DNA of 52,441 bases from Patescibacteria group bacterium (GTDB lineage Bacteria; Patescibacteriota; Microgenomatia; UBA1400; UBA12028), in NCBI GenBank assembly GCA_035479015.1, contig DATIJC010000011.1, positions 1 to 52,441 of the forward strand. The letters are read 5' to 3'. This document shows, in pieces, positions 42,699-51,819 of this stretch; positions within the stretch are counted from its first letter, which is position 1, and each line of letters starts with the position of its first letter. The notes below the pieces were generated by a model. It saw only the letters and a list, made by a program, of their open reading frames with translations, was not told where the DNA came from and searched no databases. The position numbers and the translations under genes are program-made.

Positions 42699-43468
42699 AC
42701 AGCCTTTCTTGTACGTAAAACAAAGTTTTTGGCCCAGATGGCCGAATCAATTAGTCCGCCTGGACCAGTGATTACCCATTGTTGAACCACACTAAAAACT
42801 GTCGTAACTACCCAGTAGAGCCCGAGTCCGGAAGGGAAGCGGTACGCAAACCAGCCGGTGATAAACGGCATCATAAATACCATTTGCCGTTGCATGCTCT
42901 CGGCCATATCTTGAGACTGTGTCTCCTTTTTATTTAAGTCTTTTGTCTTTTTATCTTTTGCATTATCCGGAACCAGATCGTGCTTCTCTTTCCCAGGAAG
43001 CAGCATGAGTGAGAGAACCAGTTGGGAGACGCCTGCCAAAATGGGTATCACTAGTGTGTTATCTGGTTTTGAGAGGTTTAACCACAGAAACTGTACTGAG
43101 TTCTGTGCAATCTCTCCAGTAACGAAAGTCGAGAGAACTCGATACAGCGCTAGGAAAATAATCAACTGTGCCACCATCGGCAAGCATCCTGAGAGAGGAT
43201 TAATGTTATTAGCTTTCAATAGTTCTTGTTGCGCTTTTTGCAGCTCACCAGCCACTTTGTGTTTTTTCTTGAGTTTATTCATCTCCGGCTGCAGGGATTG
43301 TAGTTTCTTTTGCGATTTAATACTTGAGACAGTTATGGGCAGAAGGAGGAAGCGGATGAGTAGAGTCAAACTAATGATCGCTAACCCAAGGTTTCCAGTC
43401 CAGGTGAGCAGTAACTGCAAGAGAAAATGGAACGGGCTAAGCAGCAAAAGTTGAAAGATGTTTCCCAT
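42695..43468 (-). CDS. yidC: membrane protein insertase YidC (short form)
   Basis: 257 aa. Motifs GLAIISLTLLIRFLLLPI and NPLSGCLPMVAQLIIF. Confidence 0.92.
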   Translation of the reverse strand: MGNIFQLLLLSPFHFLLQLLLTWTGNLGLAIISLTLLIRFLLLPITVSSIKSQKKLQSLQPEMNKLKKKHKVAGELQKAQQELLKANNINPLSGCLPMVAQLIIFLALYRVLSTFVTGEIAQNSVQFLWLNLSKPDNTLVIPILAGVSQLVLSLMLLPGKEKHDLVPDNAKDKKTKDLNKKETQSQDMAESMQRQMVFMMPFITGWFAYRFPSGLGLYWVVTTVFSVVQQWVITGPGGLIDSAIWAKNFVLRTRKAV

Positions 43469-43471
43469 AAT

Positions 43472-43729
43472 TTATATTCCTCTACACGAGAGAATTCGTT
43501 TTATCCCGAGTAAGCTACCGCGTATTGTACCATTCTTCTCGATCGCTGTCCGGGTATATTGACTACATGTTGGCTGGTGTCTGCACCCACTCTGCCAACC
43601 AAACACAGAAATAAGTAACATCTGTAGTGCTGGCTTACAGAGGGAGTAAGCGTACAAGAGCAGAAGTGAGCTCTTCTGTGGTAGCGAGTTTGCTTTGTTT
43701 TTTAGCATAGAGCACGATAGTAAAGTCAT
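43472..43729 (-). CDS. yidD: membrane protein insertion efficiency factor YidD
   Basis: Motif [10 protein letters not shown]...[12 protein letters not shown]. The start is uncertain because the track start overlaps rnpA by 95 nt. Confidence 0.75.
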   Translation of the reverse strand: MTLLSCSMLKNKANSLPQKSSLLLLYAYSLCKPALQMLLISVFGWQSGCRHQPTCSQYTRTAIEKNGTIRGSLLGIKRILSCRGI

Positions 43730-43952
43730 CCCTCGTTAAAAATACTTTTACAAGAATGTTTCTGAGCTTGCGTTTAAGAGCATTGCGGTCAGTAGCTTTG
43801 GGAAACAGGTTTTTCCCCACCACCACTGCTCCATGTGGACCAGTATCGCTTTTTTCAATCACTGCTACAAAATGGGGTGAAAACTTTCGCTGCCAACCCA
43901 CTCCACTAGTATTGGTGGTGCGCAGGGGGAGTCGATAGTTTTTTGGTAACAT
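43635..43952 (-). CDS. rnpA: ribonuclease P protein component
   Basis: 105 aa. Motifs MLPKNYRL and NALKRKLRN, in the conserved position after rpmH. Confidence 0.88.
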   Translation of the reverse strand: MLPKNYRLPLRTTNTSGVGWQRKFSPHFVAVIEKSDTGPHGAVVVGKNLFPKATDRNALKRKLRNILVKVFLTRDDFTIVLYAKKQSKLATTEELTSALVRLLPL

Positions 43953-43957
43953 TTAAA

Positions 43958-44101
43958 TTAAACGGTTAGCTTTTTACGGCCCTTTGCTCGGCGCAGAGAA
44001 AGTACTTTGCGACCCGTAGCTGTTTCCATGCGGGCACGGAAACCATGTGTGCGGACGCGTTTTTTAGAACTTGGTTGCCATGTGCGTTTTGTCTTTGCCA
44101 T
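43958..44101 (-). CDS. rpmH: 50S ribosomal protein L34
   Basis: [47 protein letters not shown] (47 aa). These are the last 47 codons of the 99-aa track ORF. Confidence 0.93.
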   Translation of the reverse strand: MAKTKRTWQPSSKKRVRTHGFRARMETATGRKVLSLRRAKGRKKLTV

Positions 44102-44110
44102 AGAAACGAA

Positions 44111-44119
44111 ATTATACCA
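44111..44119 (-). promoter_or_regulatory. extended -10 (TGGTATAAT) for rpmH
   Basis: The minus strand reads CTGTGGTATAATTTCGTTTCTATG. The hexamer ends 9 nt before the rpmH ATG, with no SD. Confidence 0.4.
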
Positions 44120-44146
44120 CAGAGTTTTCTCCATCTTTTCCCCACC

Positions 44147-44198
44147 TTTTCCACAAGGATACATCGAGAAGGTTTGTCTACTTGTCAATTGTGGAAAA
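44147..44198. promoter_or_regulatory. inverted pair of DnaA-box-like 9-mers upstream of dnaA
   Basis: TTTTCCACA at 44147-44155 and its complement TGTGGAAAA at 44190-44198 (consensus TTWTNCACA). Confidence 0.5.
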
Positions 44199-44226
44199 CT
44201 ATGTTTAAAAGTAGTGAGAGATTTAT

Positions 44227-45618
44227 ATGAACCCTGAGTGTGAAAAAATTTGGGCATCTACCCTGGCCGACCTACAAGTAAGTATGTCTCCCCAGCATTT
44301 CCATATGTGGATCGAAAAAACCGCTTTGGTGGAACTGCGGCCCGTGGGTGACACCCACGCTATAGCAATTATTGCCTCGCCCTCTGCCATGCATACACAA
44401 ATGGTGGAAAGCCGCTTCTATGCCACTATTAAAGAATCACTCGACAGGATTACACAAAAAGGGGTAGATCTCCAATTTAAGGTGCAATCTTTATCCACTC
44501 ACGAACCTGAGCTAAAATCAGTAAATCAGTCTGCTCCAAGTCTGTTTACCAGTGTCCCTACGGTCAGTGCTTTCAAAATTGCGCTACAAAAGGCAAAACT
44601 GCGTCCGGACTTTACCTTTGAGAACTTTGCCGTCTCGACTACAAATGAGATGGCCTACGCTGCAGCTCAGGCAGTTTCAAAGACTCCTGGAACTGCATAT
44701 AACCCACTTTTCCTCTATGGCGGCGTCGGAGTAGGGAAGACCCACCTCATGCAAGCGGTCGGGCAGAACGTCTTAAAAAATAATCCAGAGGTTACGCTTT
44801 TATACTGCGCGGGTGAAGAGTTTACTAATGAAATTGTAGCTGCCATCCAAACTAAGAAAACCATCCAGTTTAAGGAGCGCTACCGCAAAGTAAACATTCT
44901 CCTCATCGACGATATCCAGTTTATTGCAGGGAAAGAGGCGGTCCAGCAGGAGTTCTTTCATACATTTAATGCCGTCACTCAGGCGGGCGGACAGGTAATT
45001 ATCACTTCAGATAGACCGCCACACGAGATCACACTTCTTGAGGATAGGTTGCGCTCGCGCTTTGAAGCTGGACTTATCATTGATATCCAACAGCCCACCT
45101 TTGAACTGAGAACTGCGATTGTTTTGATCAAGTCAGAGGCCAGAGGGCTCGAGATGCCAATGGATTGTGCACAACAGATCGCCTCCATCGTAGACAACGC
45201 CCGGCGCATTGAGGGGGTTCTCTCACAAATCCACAGCCAACACACCCTCATGCAAAAATCTATTACCCTCGAGTTGGTAAACCAAATTCTCTCCAAGGAG
45301 GAATCTCCTAACATCACCAAGTTAAATATTAAACCGAAAGAGGTTATCCGCACCGTTGCTAATCATTTCAAGGTAAGTACTGCACAACTTATCGGGGATA
45401 AGCGCACTCGACCCCTGGTAGATTACCGTCACGTCACCATGTTTCTCCTCTATAAAGATTTGGGTATACCTCTAGTACAGATAGGGGTAGAGTTCTCCGG
45501 GCGTGACCACACAAGCGTCATGCACGCCGTCGAGAAGATCGAGAAACTCTCTCAAGAGTCCTCCGAGATGCAGACGTCTTTATCGGCAATCAGAGCAAGT
45601 CTCTCGGGAAATCACTAA
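44227..45618 (+). CDS. dnaA: chromosomal replication initiator DnaA
   Basis: 463 aa. Walker [11 protein letters not shown], Walker [10 protein letters not shown]-terminal DNA-binding region ([10 protein letters not shown]). Confidence 0.95.
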   Translation: MNPECEKIWASTLADLQVSMSPQHFHMWIEKTALVELRPVGDTHAIAIIASPSAMHTQMVESRFYATIKESLDRITQKGVDLQFKVQSLSTHEPELKSVNQSAPSLFTSVPTVSAFKIALQKAKLRPDFTFENFAVSTTNEMAYAAAQAVSKTPGTAYNPLFLYGGVGVGKTHLMQAVGQNVLKNNPEVTLLYCAGEEFTNEIVAAIQTKKTIQFKERYRKVNILLIDDIQFIAGKEAVQQEFFHTFNAVTQAGGQVIITSDRPPHEITLLEDRLRSRFEAGLIIDIQQPTFELRTAIVLIKSEARGLEMPMDCAQQIASIVDNARRIEGVLSQIHSQHTLMQKSITLELVNQILSKEESPNITKLNIKPKEVIRTVANHFKVSTAQLIGDKRTRPLVDYRHVTMFLLYKDLGIPLVQIGVEFSGRDHTSVMHAVEKIEKLSQESSEMQTSLSAIRASLSGNH

Positions 45619-45875
45619 ACTTTTACACACTTTGTGGAAAAGTCGGTGGATAAGTGGGGAAAAGGTGTGGAGAAATTTTATAAATTGTCTAAAACTTTTG
45701 TTTTCCACTTAGTTTTACCTTGTTTTGCCCATTCTTATATACATAAACTGATACATATATTAGGCGAAAAACACTTGAGTCTGCGAACACTTTCCCACTA
45801 ATCCACCCTACTACAACTACTACTGCTATTTTCTATTAACAGTTAAAACACAATTGTGATAGTCTACTGGCAGTT
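45619..45875. promoter_or_regulatory. putative oriC (DnaA-box cluster plus AT-rich tract) between dnaA and dnaN
   Basis: Boxes TGTGGAAAA 45633-45641, GGTGGATAA 45645-45653, TGTGGAGAA 45666-45674, TTTTCCACT 45701-45709 and TAATCCACC 45799-45807. AT-rich stretch at about 45731-45765. Confidence 0.6.
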
Positions 45876-46991
45876 ATGAAAATCACCGTTCTGACAGAAA
45901 ACTTACTTCCAATAATCCAGGAAGCACAGCGATTTATTTCAACAAGACCTCAGTTGCCAATCTTCTCAGGGATTTCTTTACAAACCACCAGTGAGGGGCT
46001 GTATATACGTACTACAGACATGAAAACTGGTTATCAATCAAGAGTAGGGGGAAAGGTAGAGAGAAAGGGGGAGACTGTAGTAGTAGGTAAGCCGTTTGTA
46101 GATTTTCTCTCCACACTGACTGTCGGTCCAGCCGAGATAACTCTATTAGACACACAAATGTTGGAAGTAAAACAGAAACGCAGCACTGCGAAGTTTCAAA
46201 CATTTCCTTTTGATGACTTTCCACCGTTTGCAAACATTCCGGAAAAACAAACAGAGATAGAGAAAGAAACATTTTTACAACTCGTTCAAAAAACTTCATA
46301 CGCCGCAGGTATTGATGAAGCCCGACCAGTATTGACAGCATTGCATCTTGAATTTAGCGAAGGCTCGATAATCGGAGTTTGTACCGACGGATATAGACTA
46401 GCTATCCAAGAGCGGCAGGTAAAGAATCAGGAAGGAAAACTAGAGAAAATATTAGTACAAGCAAAAACACTCACAGAGTTTGCACGCGGTCTATCACGCT
46501 CAAAGGAGAAAAAAGTTCTTTTAGGAACATCAAGCGAGCTTCAGGAGGCCTTCTTTAGCGTGGGGGAGACTACATTATTCTTGCGGCTCATTGAAGGGAA
46601 GTTCCCGGACTACAACGCAATAATTCCAGAAAACTTTGCGTTTAAGATCCAATTACAATGTGGCGAACTACTCTCTGCAATTAAGACAGCCACGATCTTC
46701 GCCCGGGAATCATCATCAATTGTGACGCTACGGTTTGTAAAAGGAGAGTGCTTTGTGGAAGCTGCAAGCTCAGGATTGGGAGAGAACAGCACAAGCTTGG
46801 AGTGTGATTATGAAGGCAGTGAAGAGATGAAAATTTCATTCAACTCAAGATTTTTATCCGACGCACTCTCGCATATTGATGGTGAGGTAGCACTTTTATC
46901 AGTAAACGATTCACTCAAACCAATGATTATTCGCGAAGCCGGAAAAGAAGATCTCCACAGTCTCCATGTAGTGATGCCGTTTAAGAAATAG
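45876..46991 (+). CDS. dnaN: DNA polymerase III beta sliding clamp
   Basis: 371 aa, in the conserved position after dnaA, with the three-domain clamp length. Confidence 0.9.
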   Translation: MKITVLTENLLPIIQEAQRFISTRPQLPIFSGISLQTTSEGLYIRTTDMKTGYQSRVGGKVERKGETVVVGKPFVDFLSTLTVGPAEITLLDTQMLEVKQKRSTAKFQTFPFDDFPPFANIPEKQTEIEKETFLQLVQKTSYAAGIDEARPVLTALHLEFSEGSIIGVCTDGYRLAIQERQVKNQEGKLEKILVQAKTLTEFARGLSRSKEKKVLLGTSSELQEAFFSVGETTLFLRLIEGKFPDYNAIIPENFAFKIQLQCGELLSAIKTATIFARESSSIVTLRFVKGECFVEAASSGLGENSTSLECDYEGSEEMKISFNSRFLSDALSHIDGEVALLSVNDSLKPMIIREAGKEDLHSLHVVMPFKK

Positions 46992-48867
46992 CAGGAGGTG
47001 TAGGAGTTGGTAATGCACTACTTTGTCTTGTGGGTGTGATGCTGGCTGCAGCAGCCTCAGCTTGTTGTTTAGCAATTATTTCTTGTGGATTAGTAGTGAT
47101 AACTGCATGTTCTTTATCACTAGCAATTACGCGTATAGCGATGTGGTTCTGTCCAGCAAAGAAGAGTCCCTCTCCTACATCTGCTGCTAAAAGTAACCGC
47201 CGCTCACCCTCAGAGAGGAAAAACACTTCTGAAAGTTTCGGCACCGCTGCTGAAGACTGCTTCATAAGCAACTGAATTGAGGAGTTAGTAACGATCGCTT
47301 TACCATATTCATTGCCTAAAAAGTCTTCTACGTCCTGAGTGATGGTAGTGATGCCTAAGTAATACTTGCGGGCACGCTTGGCGAGCGAGTGTAAGAATGA
47401 TGCACTATCTCCGTGTTTCATGAAGTACCATGCTTCATCAATGACAAGTACGCGCTTCTTTAACTCTTTTTTCACACGCGTCCAGACGAAATCAAGAATG
47501 ATGAACATGGCGATGGGCCGAAGAGCCTCTTCAAGTTCTTTGACAGAAAAGACTGTGAAGTGATTGGTAATGGAAAAATTGGATTTTTGATCAAAGATGC
47601 CACGAAATGATCCACGGACAAATTTTTCCAAACGCGCTGCTAGGTTTTGCGCCTCGTTGGTTTCCATACCAATCAACACTTTATAGAGATCTTCAAGTAG
47701 TGGCGGCTCGTTTGATTGTGTCGCGGGCTCCGGAGTAATGCCTTTTGATTTATAAGCGCCGACAATAGCCCGGTCAAGGATAGCATCTTCTTGCGGAGTC
47801 ATTTCCCCCATCATGATGCGCAGTAGGGTGTGGAGGGAAAGAATTTTTTGTCCGAGCTCGTTTTGACCCTCTTCAAAAACCGCAGAGAGATCAAAGGGAT
47901 TGATTTTAATCGGTGAGTCAAACGTAAAATTGACATATTCGCCACTCACAGTTTTACACAAGTCCTCATACTCGTGCTCTGGATCAAGGACAATGACATC
48001 GGTATCAAACATCATTTGCCTATAGGCCTCAAGTTTAATAGCATAGGACTTTCCCGCACCAGATTTAGCAAACACCACCATGTTGGCATTTTCCATACTG
48101 AAACGGTCAAAGATGACGAGCGAATCATTATGCTCATTAATTCCATACACAATTCCTTCCTCCATGGTTAGTTCTGAGGAGGTGAAAGGGAATGTGGTGG
48201 CAAGAGACGTAGTGTCCATGTTACGAACAAATGATAATTTATCGACACCTGTGGGAAGTGTGGTTTTAAAACCCTCTTCCATCTGTAAAGTAGCCTTCTT
48301 ACTAATGATCAAGAGTGAACCAAGAGTGGATTGGACTTGTTTGGTAGTGCGGTCTAGATCTTCGAGAGAATCAGACGTGATGGTGATGTAGAGACCGAAC
48401 TGGAAAAAACGCTCTGCGCCTTTTGCTAGCTGCTCCTGAATGGTACGGGCATCTTCAAGTTTGATTTCTGTATCAATATTGCCAATCTTGCCATTTTTTA
48501 AATCACTGGAGAGTTCGGCTTCCATTTCTGTGATCTTTCGGCGCAAGTCTTGTAAAATCTTGGCGCTATCTACAGGAAAGATATACATTGAGATGTCCAT
48601 GGCATGCGGAAAAGTAATGAGGGGTGATAGCCAGTTAGCGGGCACGGAGCGTGGATAGCCAGAGATAAACAATGTTCGGGTGAACGTTGAATTAATGTGT
48701 TGATAAGTAAAATCAACCTCGATCGCTTCTGGGGCAATGATATCAAGAATACTCACAAGTCCAGACGAAAATTGCGTTATCTCAGGAGCGATCGCTGGCT
48801 CCTTTACTGCAGGAGCAGCTGCATCATTTTTTTTAGATGGCAGGTTTTTAAATAAGTTAAGGGCCAT
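46981..48867 (-). CDS. virB4: VirB4-like type IV secretion ATPase (Gram-positive TraE/PrgJ type)
   Basis: 628 aa. Walker A FAKSGAGKSY, Walker B VLVIDEAWYF. The N-domain pattern LDIIAPEAIEV..RTLFISGYPRSV..WL is typical of VirB4-like proteins of Gram-positive conjugation systems. Confidence 0.85.
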   Translation of the reverse strand: MALNLFKNLPSKKNDAAAPAVKEPAIAPEITQFSSGLVSILDIIAPEAIEVDFTYQHINSTFTRTLFISGYPRSVPANWLSPLITFPHAMDISMYIFPVDSAKILQDLRRKITEMEAELSSDLKNGKIGNIDTEIKLEDARTIQEQLAKGAERFFQFGLYITITSDSLEDLDRTTKQVQSTLGSLLIISKKATLQMEEGFKTTLPTGVDKLSFVRNMDTTSLATTFPFTSSELTMEEGIVYGINEHNDSLVIFDRFSMENANMVVFAKSGAGKSYAIKLEAYRQMMFDTDVIVLDPEHEYEDLCKTVSGEYVNFTFDSPIKINPFDLSAVFEEGQNELGQKILSLHTLLRIMMGEMTPQEDAILDRAIVGAYKSKGITPEPATQSNEPPLLEDLYKVLIGMETNEAQNLAARLEKFVRGSFRGIFDQKSNFSITNHFTVFSVKELEEALRPIAMFIILDFVWTRVKKELKKRVLVIDEAWYFMKHGDSASFLHSLAKRARKYYLGITTITQDVEDFLGNEYGKAIVTNSSIQLLMKQSSAAVPKLSEVFFLSEGERRLLLAADVGEGLFFAGQNHIAIRVIASDKEHAVITTNPQEIIAKQQAEAAAASITPTRQSSALPTPTPPAIS

Positions 48868-49705
48868 ATTGTCCTTGGGTTGGTGGTGGAGTAGGGGCTG
48901 GTAAGTTGGTTATATTCTGTGGAACCGTTTCTTGAATACTTTGAGTGGGACTGTCCGCCTTGGGTAGAGGCTCAGGAATAGCTAGTGCTGGAGTAGGAGG
49001 TCTTTCGCTAGGCGCATAACGAAGGCTCGATCCGACAAGCGGTGAGACATACTCTTTTTGATCTACCATCTTGACGCCCTTTACCGCCTCTGGGTTATAA
49101 ATCATATAAAAAAGCTGAATGAGTTCTTGGGTATTTAGCTGCGAGGCAAATAATCCAATGCGGGCAAATTGATGGACTAGGTGATCACGGCGTGGCTCTA
49201 GGTTGGTGAGGGCCTTTTCAATGATCGCGTGTTTGTCTAATGTTGGTAATTCTTTTTTCTGTATGCCTGGTATAAGTGATGAACCGACGTTTATTCCGGC
49301 CTCCAGGGCGGTATATGTGACGATAATATAGAACTTCTTCTCCAAGACATTTCGCTCTTGGACTAGTTGTTCCACAAACTCACGGTACTCTTTAATATTG
49401 TTTTTGCGCACAGGGTTATAGGCGTGAATTTCCTGATCTTTTAAGAGGTCTAGATAGGAAGTGACGTCTTTTTTTGATGATCGAATCAGGATCTCAATGG
49501 GAAACGAGAGGGAATTTAGTAAAGCTGCATACGCATAGATGGTGGCGTCTTGTTCCTCCTCTGAGTAGAGATCAAAATTGATGGCTGTGCAGCGCATAAC
49601 TAATGAACATGCGCCGTCCTGCATAATCACTAGATTATTGGATATGTCAAAAATCTCGAGATATTTTTGCGTCGTTGACTGAAGAGTGGAACCTTGGCTG
49701 ACCAT
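48857..49705 (-). CDS. T4SS-associated protein resembling an ATPase-less VirB4 N-terminal domain
   Basis: 282 aa with no P-loop. DISNNLVIMQDGACSLVMRCTAINFDLYSEEEQDATIYAYAALLNSLSFPIEILI resembles the N-terminus of Orf16-type VirB4 ATPases. Overlaps virB4 by 11 nt. Confidence 0.55.
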   Translation of the reverse strand: MVSQGSTLQSTTQKYLEIFDISNNLVIMQDGACSLVMRCTAINFDLYSEEEQDATIYAYAALLNSLSFPIEILIRSSKKDVTSYLDLLKDQEIHAYNPVRKNNIKEYREFVEQLVQERNVLEKKFYIIVTYTALEAGINVGSSLIPGIQKKELPTLDKHAIIEKALTNLEPRRDHLVHQFARIGLFASQLNTQELIQLFYMIYNPEAVKGVKMVDQKEYVSPLVGSSLRYAPSERPPTPALAIPEPLPKADSPTQSIQETVPQNITNLPAPTPPPTQGQYGP

Positions 49706-49725
49706 AAATTCATTATAGCGGTATC

Positions 49726-49823
49726 TGTCATTCCTGCGAAGGCAGGAATCCAGTCAATAAGATATTCCGCTCGTTTCTGGATCCTGGATAAGGCTCCTAA
49801 TCGCCGCCTTTACCGGGATGACA
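49726..49823. repeat. double-hairpin palindromic element, copy 3 (degenerate right arm)
   Basis: The left 35 nt are identical to copy 2 (TGTCATTCCTGCGAAGGCAGGAATCCAGTCAATAA). The right end CTGGAT...ATGACA is retained but its hairpin is diverged. Confidence 0.8.
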
Positions 49824-49824
49824 A

Positions 49825-50844
49825 TTAATTAGCCTTTATAAATAAAGGGTTTATTATGCTGTTTTTCAGTCCTAATATACTTTTCTCGAAACTAAAGCCG
49901 TCTTTCTCAACACTTACTACGTATTCTCCATCTTCAAGCGGTGTGGCGACCTCAAATTGACCTAACGCATTGGTTTTGAGGGCCCGCACGGGTAGACCAT
50001 CGAACTTGCGCGATACCGTAACGATGGCATTATCAAGTATCTTTTCATCTTTTGTCACTACCATCCCCACGATTAAGTTTGGAGTTTTAGGGACAGAAGG
50101 AAAAGGAAGCGTAGTACTTGTTTTAACTTTCTCGGATACATCACTCGGCGTGGCAGAAAATAAGGTATGCATTTCGGTCAACTTAGTGTCTAGTGGCTGG
50201 CCAACGGTCCCGAGCTTGTCGAGGGGTTTTGGAATTTCTTTACTAACATCTAATTTCCCATCTTTAGTCTCTATAGGTGCTGGCTGTGTCGGCATCTGCA
50301 TAGTCGGGCGCTCAGGCTGCTGGCCAACGGTCCCGAGCTTGTCGAGGGATGGGGTTACTGTTTGTGTAAAGAGTGCCATGACGGTCCGAATCTTTTCATC
50401 TTCCTCATCGGTTGGCTTATCACTAGGCTTTACTGTCGTAACAGTCTGCATAAATTCACCATAGCGGGTCTTGCGGTATGGCCGTAGCTCCTCTGCTCCA
50501 AAAGTAACCTGTTGGACGACGGTCGATGGGACAAACTCAAAAGCTTGGGGAACAGATTGCGTTTTTTTCCAAAAAAACATTGTTGGCTGATAGATAGAAC
50601 GGATGAAAGCGATAATCCAGCGATCAAGTGGGCGGCCCTCAAAAGGTAAGAAGGCCATACCGGCGCCGATGGCGACCGAAAGTATGGCAATAGGAATTTT
50701 AATTATCCCTGGTAAATTTGTACTATTGGCGATGACAGCAAACAACACACCACCAGCCAACTCCATGAATTGCTTGAGTGTCATGGAGCCAATGAGGTGA
50801 AACTCGTACCCCGTCACGTTTTGGGGAACCGGATGCTCTTGCAT
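49825..50844 (-). CDS. PrgI/VirB3-like membrane protein fused to a repeat linker and a carboxypeptidase-regulatory-like beta domain
   Basis: 339 aa. The N-terminus VPQNVTGYEFHLIGSMTLKQF plus two TM helices fits the PrgI family pattern. Contains an internal LDKLGTVGQ duplication. The C-terminal IVGMVVTKDEKILDNAIVTV...GEYVVSVEKDGF fits a CarboxypepD_reg-like fold. Confidence 0.65.
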   Translation of the reverse strand: MQEHPVPQNVTGYEFHLIGSMTLKQFMELAGGVLFAVIANSTNLPGIIKIPIAILSVAIGAGMAFLPFEGRPLDRWIIAFIRSIYQPTMFFWKKTQSVPQAFEFVPSTVVQQVTFGAEELRPYRKTRYGEFMQTVTTVKPSDKPTDEEDEKIRTVMALFTQTVTPSLDKLGTVGQQPERPTMQMPTQPAPIETKDGKLDVSKEIPKPLDKLGTVGQPLDTKLTEMHTLFSATPSDVSEKVKTSTTLPFPSVPKTPNLIVGMVVTKDEKILDNAIVTVSRKFDGLPVRALKTNALGQFEVATPLEDGEYVVSVEKDGFSFEKSILGLKNSIINPLFIKAN

Positions 50845-50859
50845 ACGATCAAGTATAGC

Positions 50860-51813
50860 CTATTGTGTCTTCAGAGGTATCGCGGGAACACCGATATTAA
50901 CGTCAGCTCGTGTGTTATCTACTAATAGTGCATTGCCTAGTAATCGATAAAACGGAAGAAGTAAACGCTGCCCTTCATCGAAACGGTATTCAAGCGTGGC
51001 TTTGGAAATAGTTAATTGCTGAATTGAACTAGCTGGAAATTGAAATGCTGAAATTTTTCCTTGTCTAAATAATGAGATAAGATCATCCTTATTGTAGAGC
51101 GGAGTTGATACGCCTTTTGTGGTGGTGAAGTATAACGACGGAATGACCGCTTTCCCAATTCCTTGAGAAGTTACATAGAAAACAAACTCACTAGAGAAAA
51201 CATTCGAATTTTGCACAGGAATCCCATCGACAGTGAGTGCATATGCTAATTGGATAACCACGGCTTGCTCGGGAGGTACTTCAGTTTCTTCCTCAGATTC
51301 GGAGGTATATGTCACGTGTGATGGAGTATTTGGATCAAGTGAGTAGGGGAGAGAAAGCTTGGAGAAAAAATCGGTAGCAAAACGTTCAGCCCGGGTTAGC
51401 GTGACAACTTTATCGAATGTTGCATTTGAGTTGGAATAATTGACCTGTGCTTGTCCTTTTATCTGTGACAAAGAAATTGTTTTATCAGCATTTGTGTAAA
51501 TATTAGGTGATTGTGGCAGGGGAGTAAGTTGGAGATTATTTGCTAGTGTGGGTAGTAATTGCGTCGACGAGGTTACTTCGCTCACGCTATATACATTTGC
51601 GCTTGTTGGTAGCGAAACATTGGTCGCAAACGACATGCTTGGGATCATTACTTTTTTTTCGGGGAGAAACGATGGTTCGGGGTAGACAGCCACCAGAGGG
51701 GCTCGGGTTGGAGCCTTTGGTGTGAGAAAGCGAAAAGCCAATGCTCCGACAAGCAATAAAACTAAAAATATAATGAGAACGGGTATATAGTTTCTCTTTT
51801 TCTTAGGTTTCAT
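50860..51813 (-). CDS. hypothetical membrane-anchored protein (T4SS-like locus)
   Basis: 317 aa with N-terminal anchor YIPVLIIFLVLLLVGALAF. No family recognised. Confidence 0.5.
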   Translation of the reverse strand: MKPKKKRNYIPVLIIFLVLLLVGALAFRFLTPKAPTRAPLVAVYPEPSFLPEKKVMIPSMSFATNVSLPTSANVYSVSEVTSSTQLLPTLANNLQLTPLPQSPNIYTNADKTISLSQIKGQAQVNYSNSNATFDKVVTLTRAERFATDFFSKLSLPYSLDPNTPSHVTYTSESEEETEVPPEQAVVIQLAYALTVDGIPVQNSNVFSSEFVFYVTSQGIGKAVIPSLYFTTTKGVSTPLYNKDDLISLFRQGKISAFQFPASSIQQLTISKATLEYRFDEGQRLLLPFYRLLGNALLVDNTRADVNIGVPAIPLKTQ

Positions 51814-51819
51814 AGTTTT

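Noticed and set aside
44102-44257. Upstream 52 codons of the 99-aa track ORF that contains rpmH.
   Set aside because: L34 is a conserved protein of about 45 aa beginning MAKTKRT. The extension would cover the DnaA boxes and the dnaA start.
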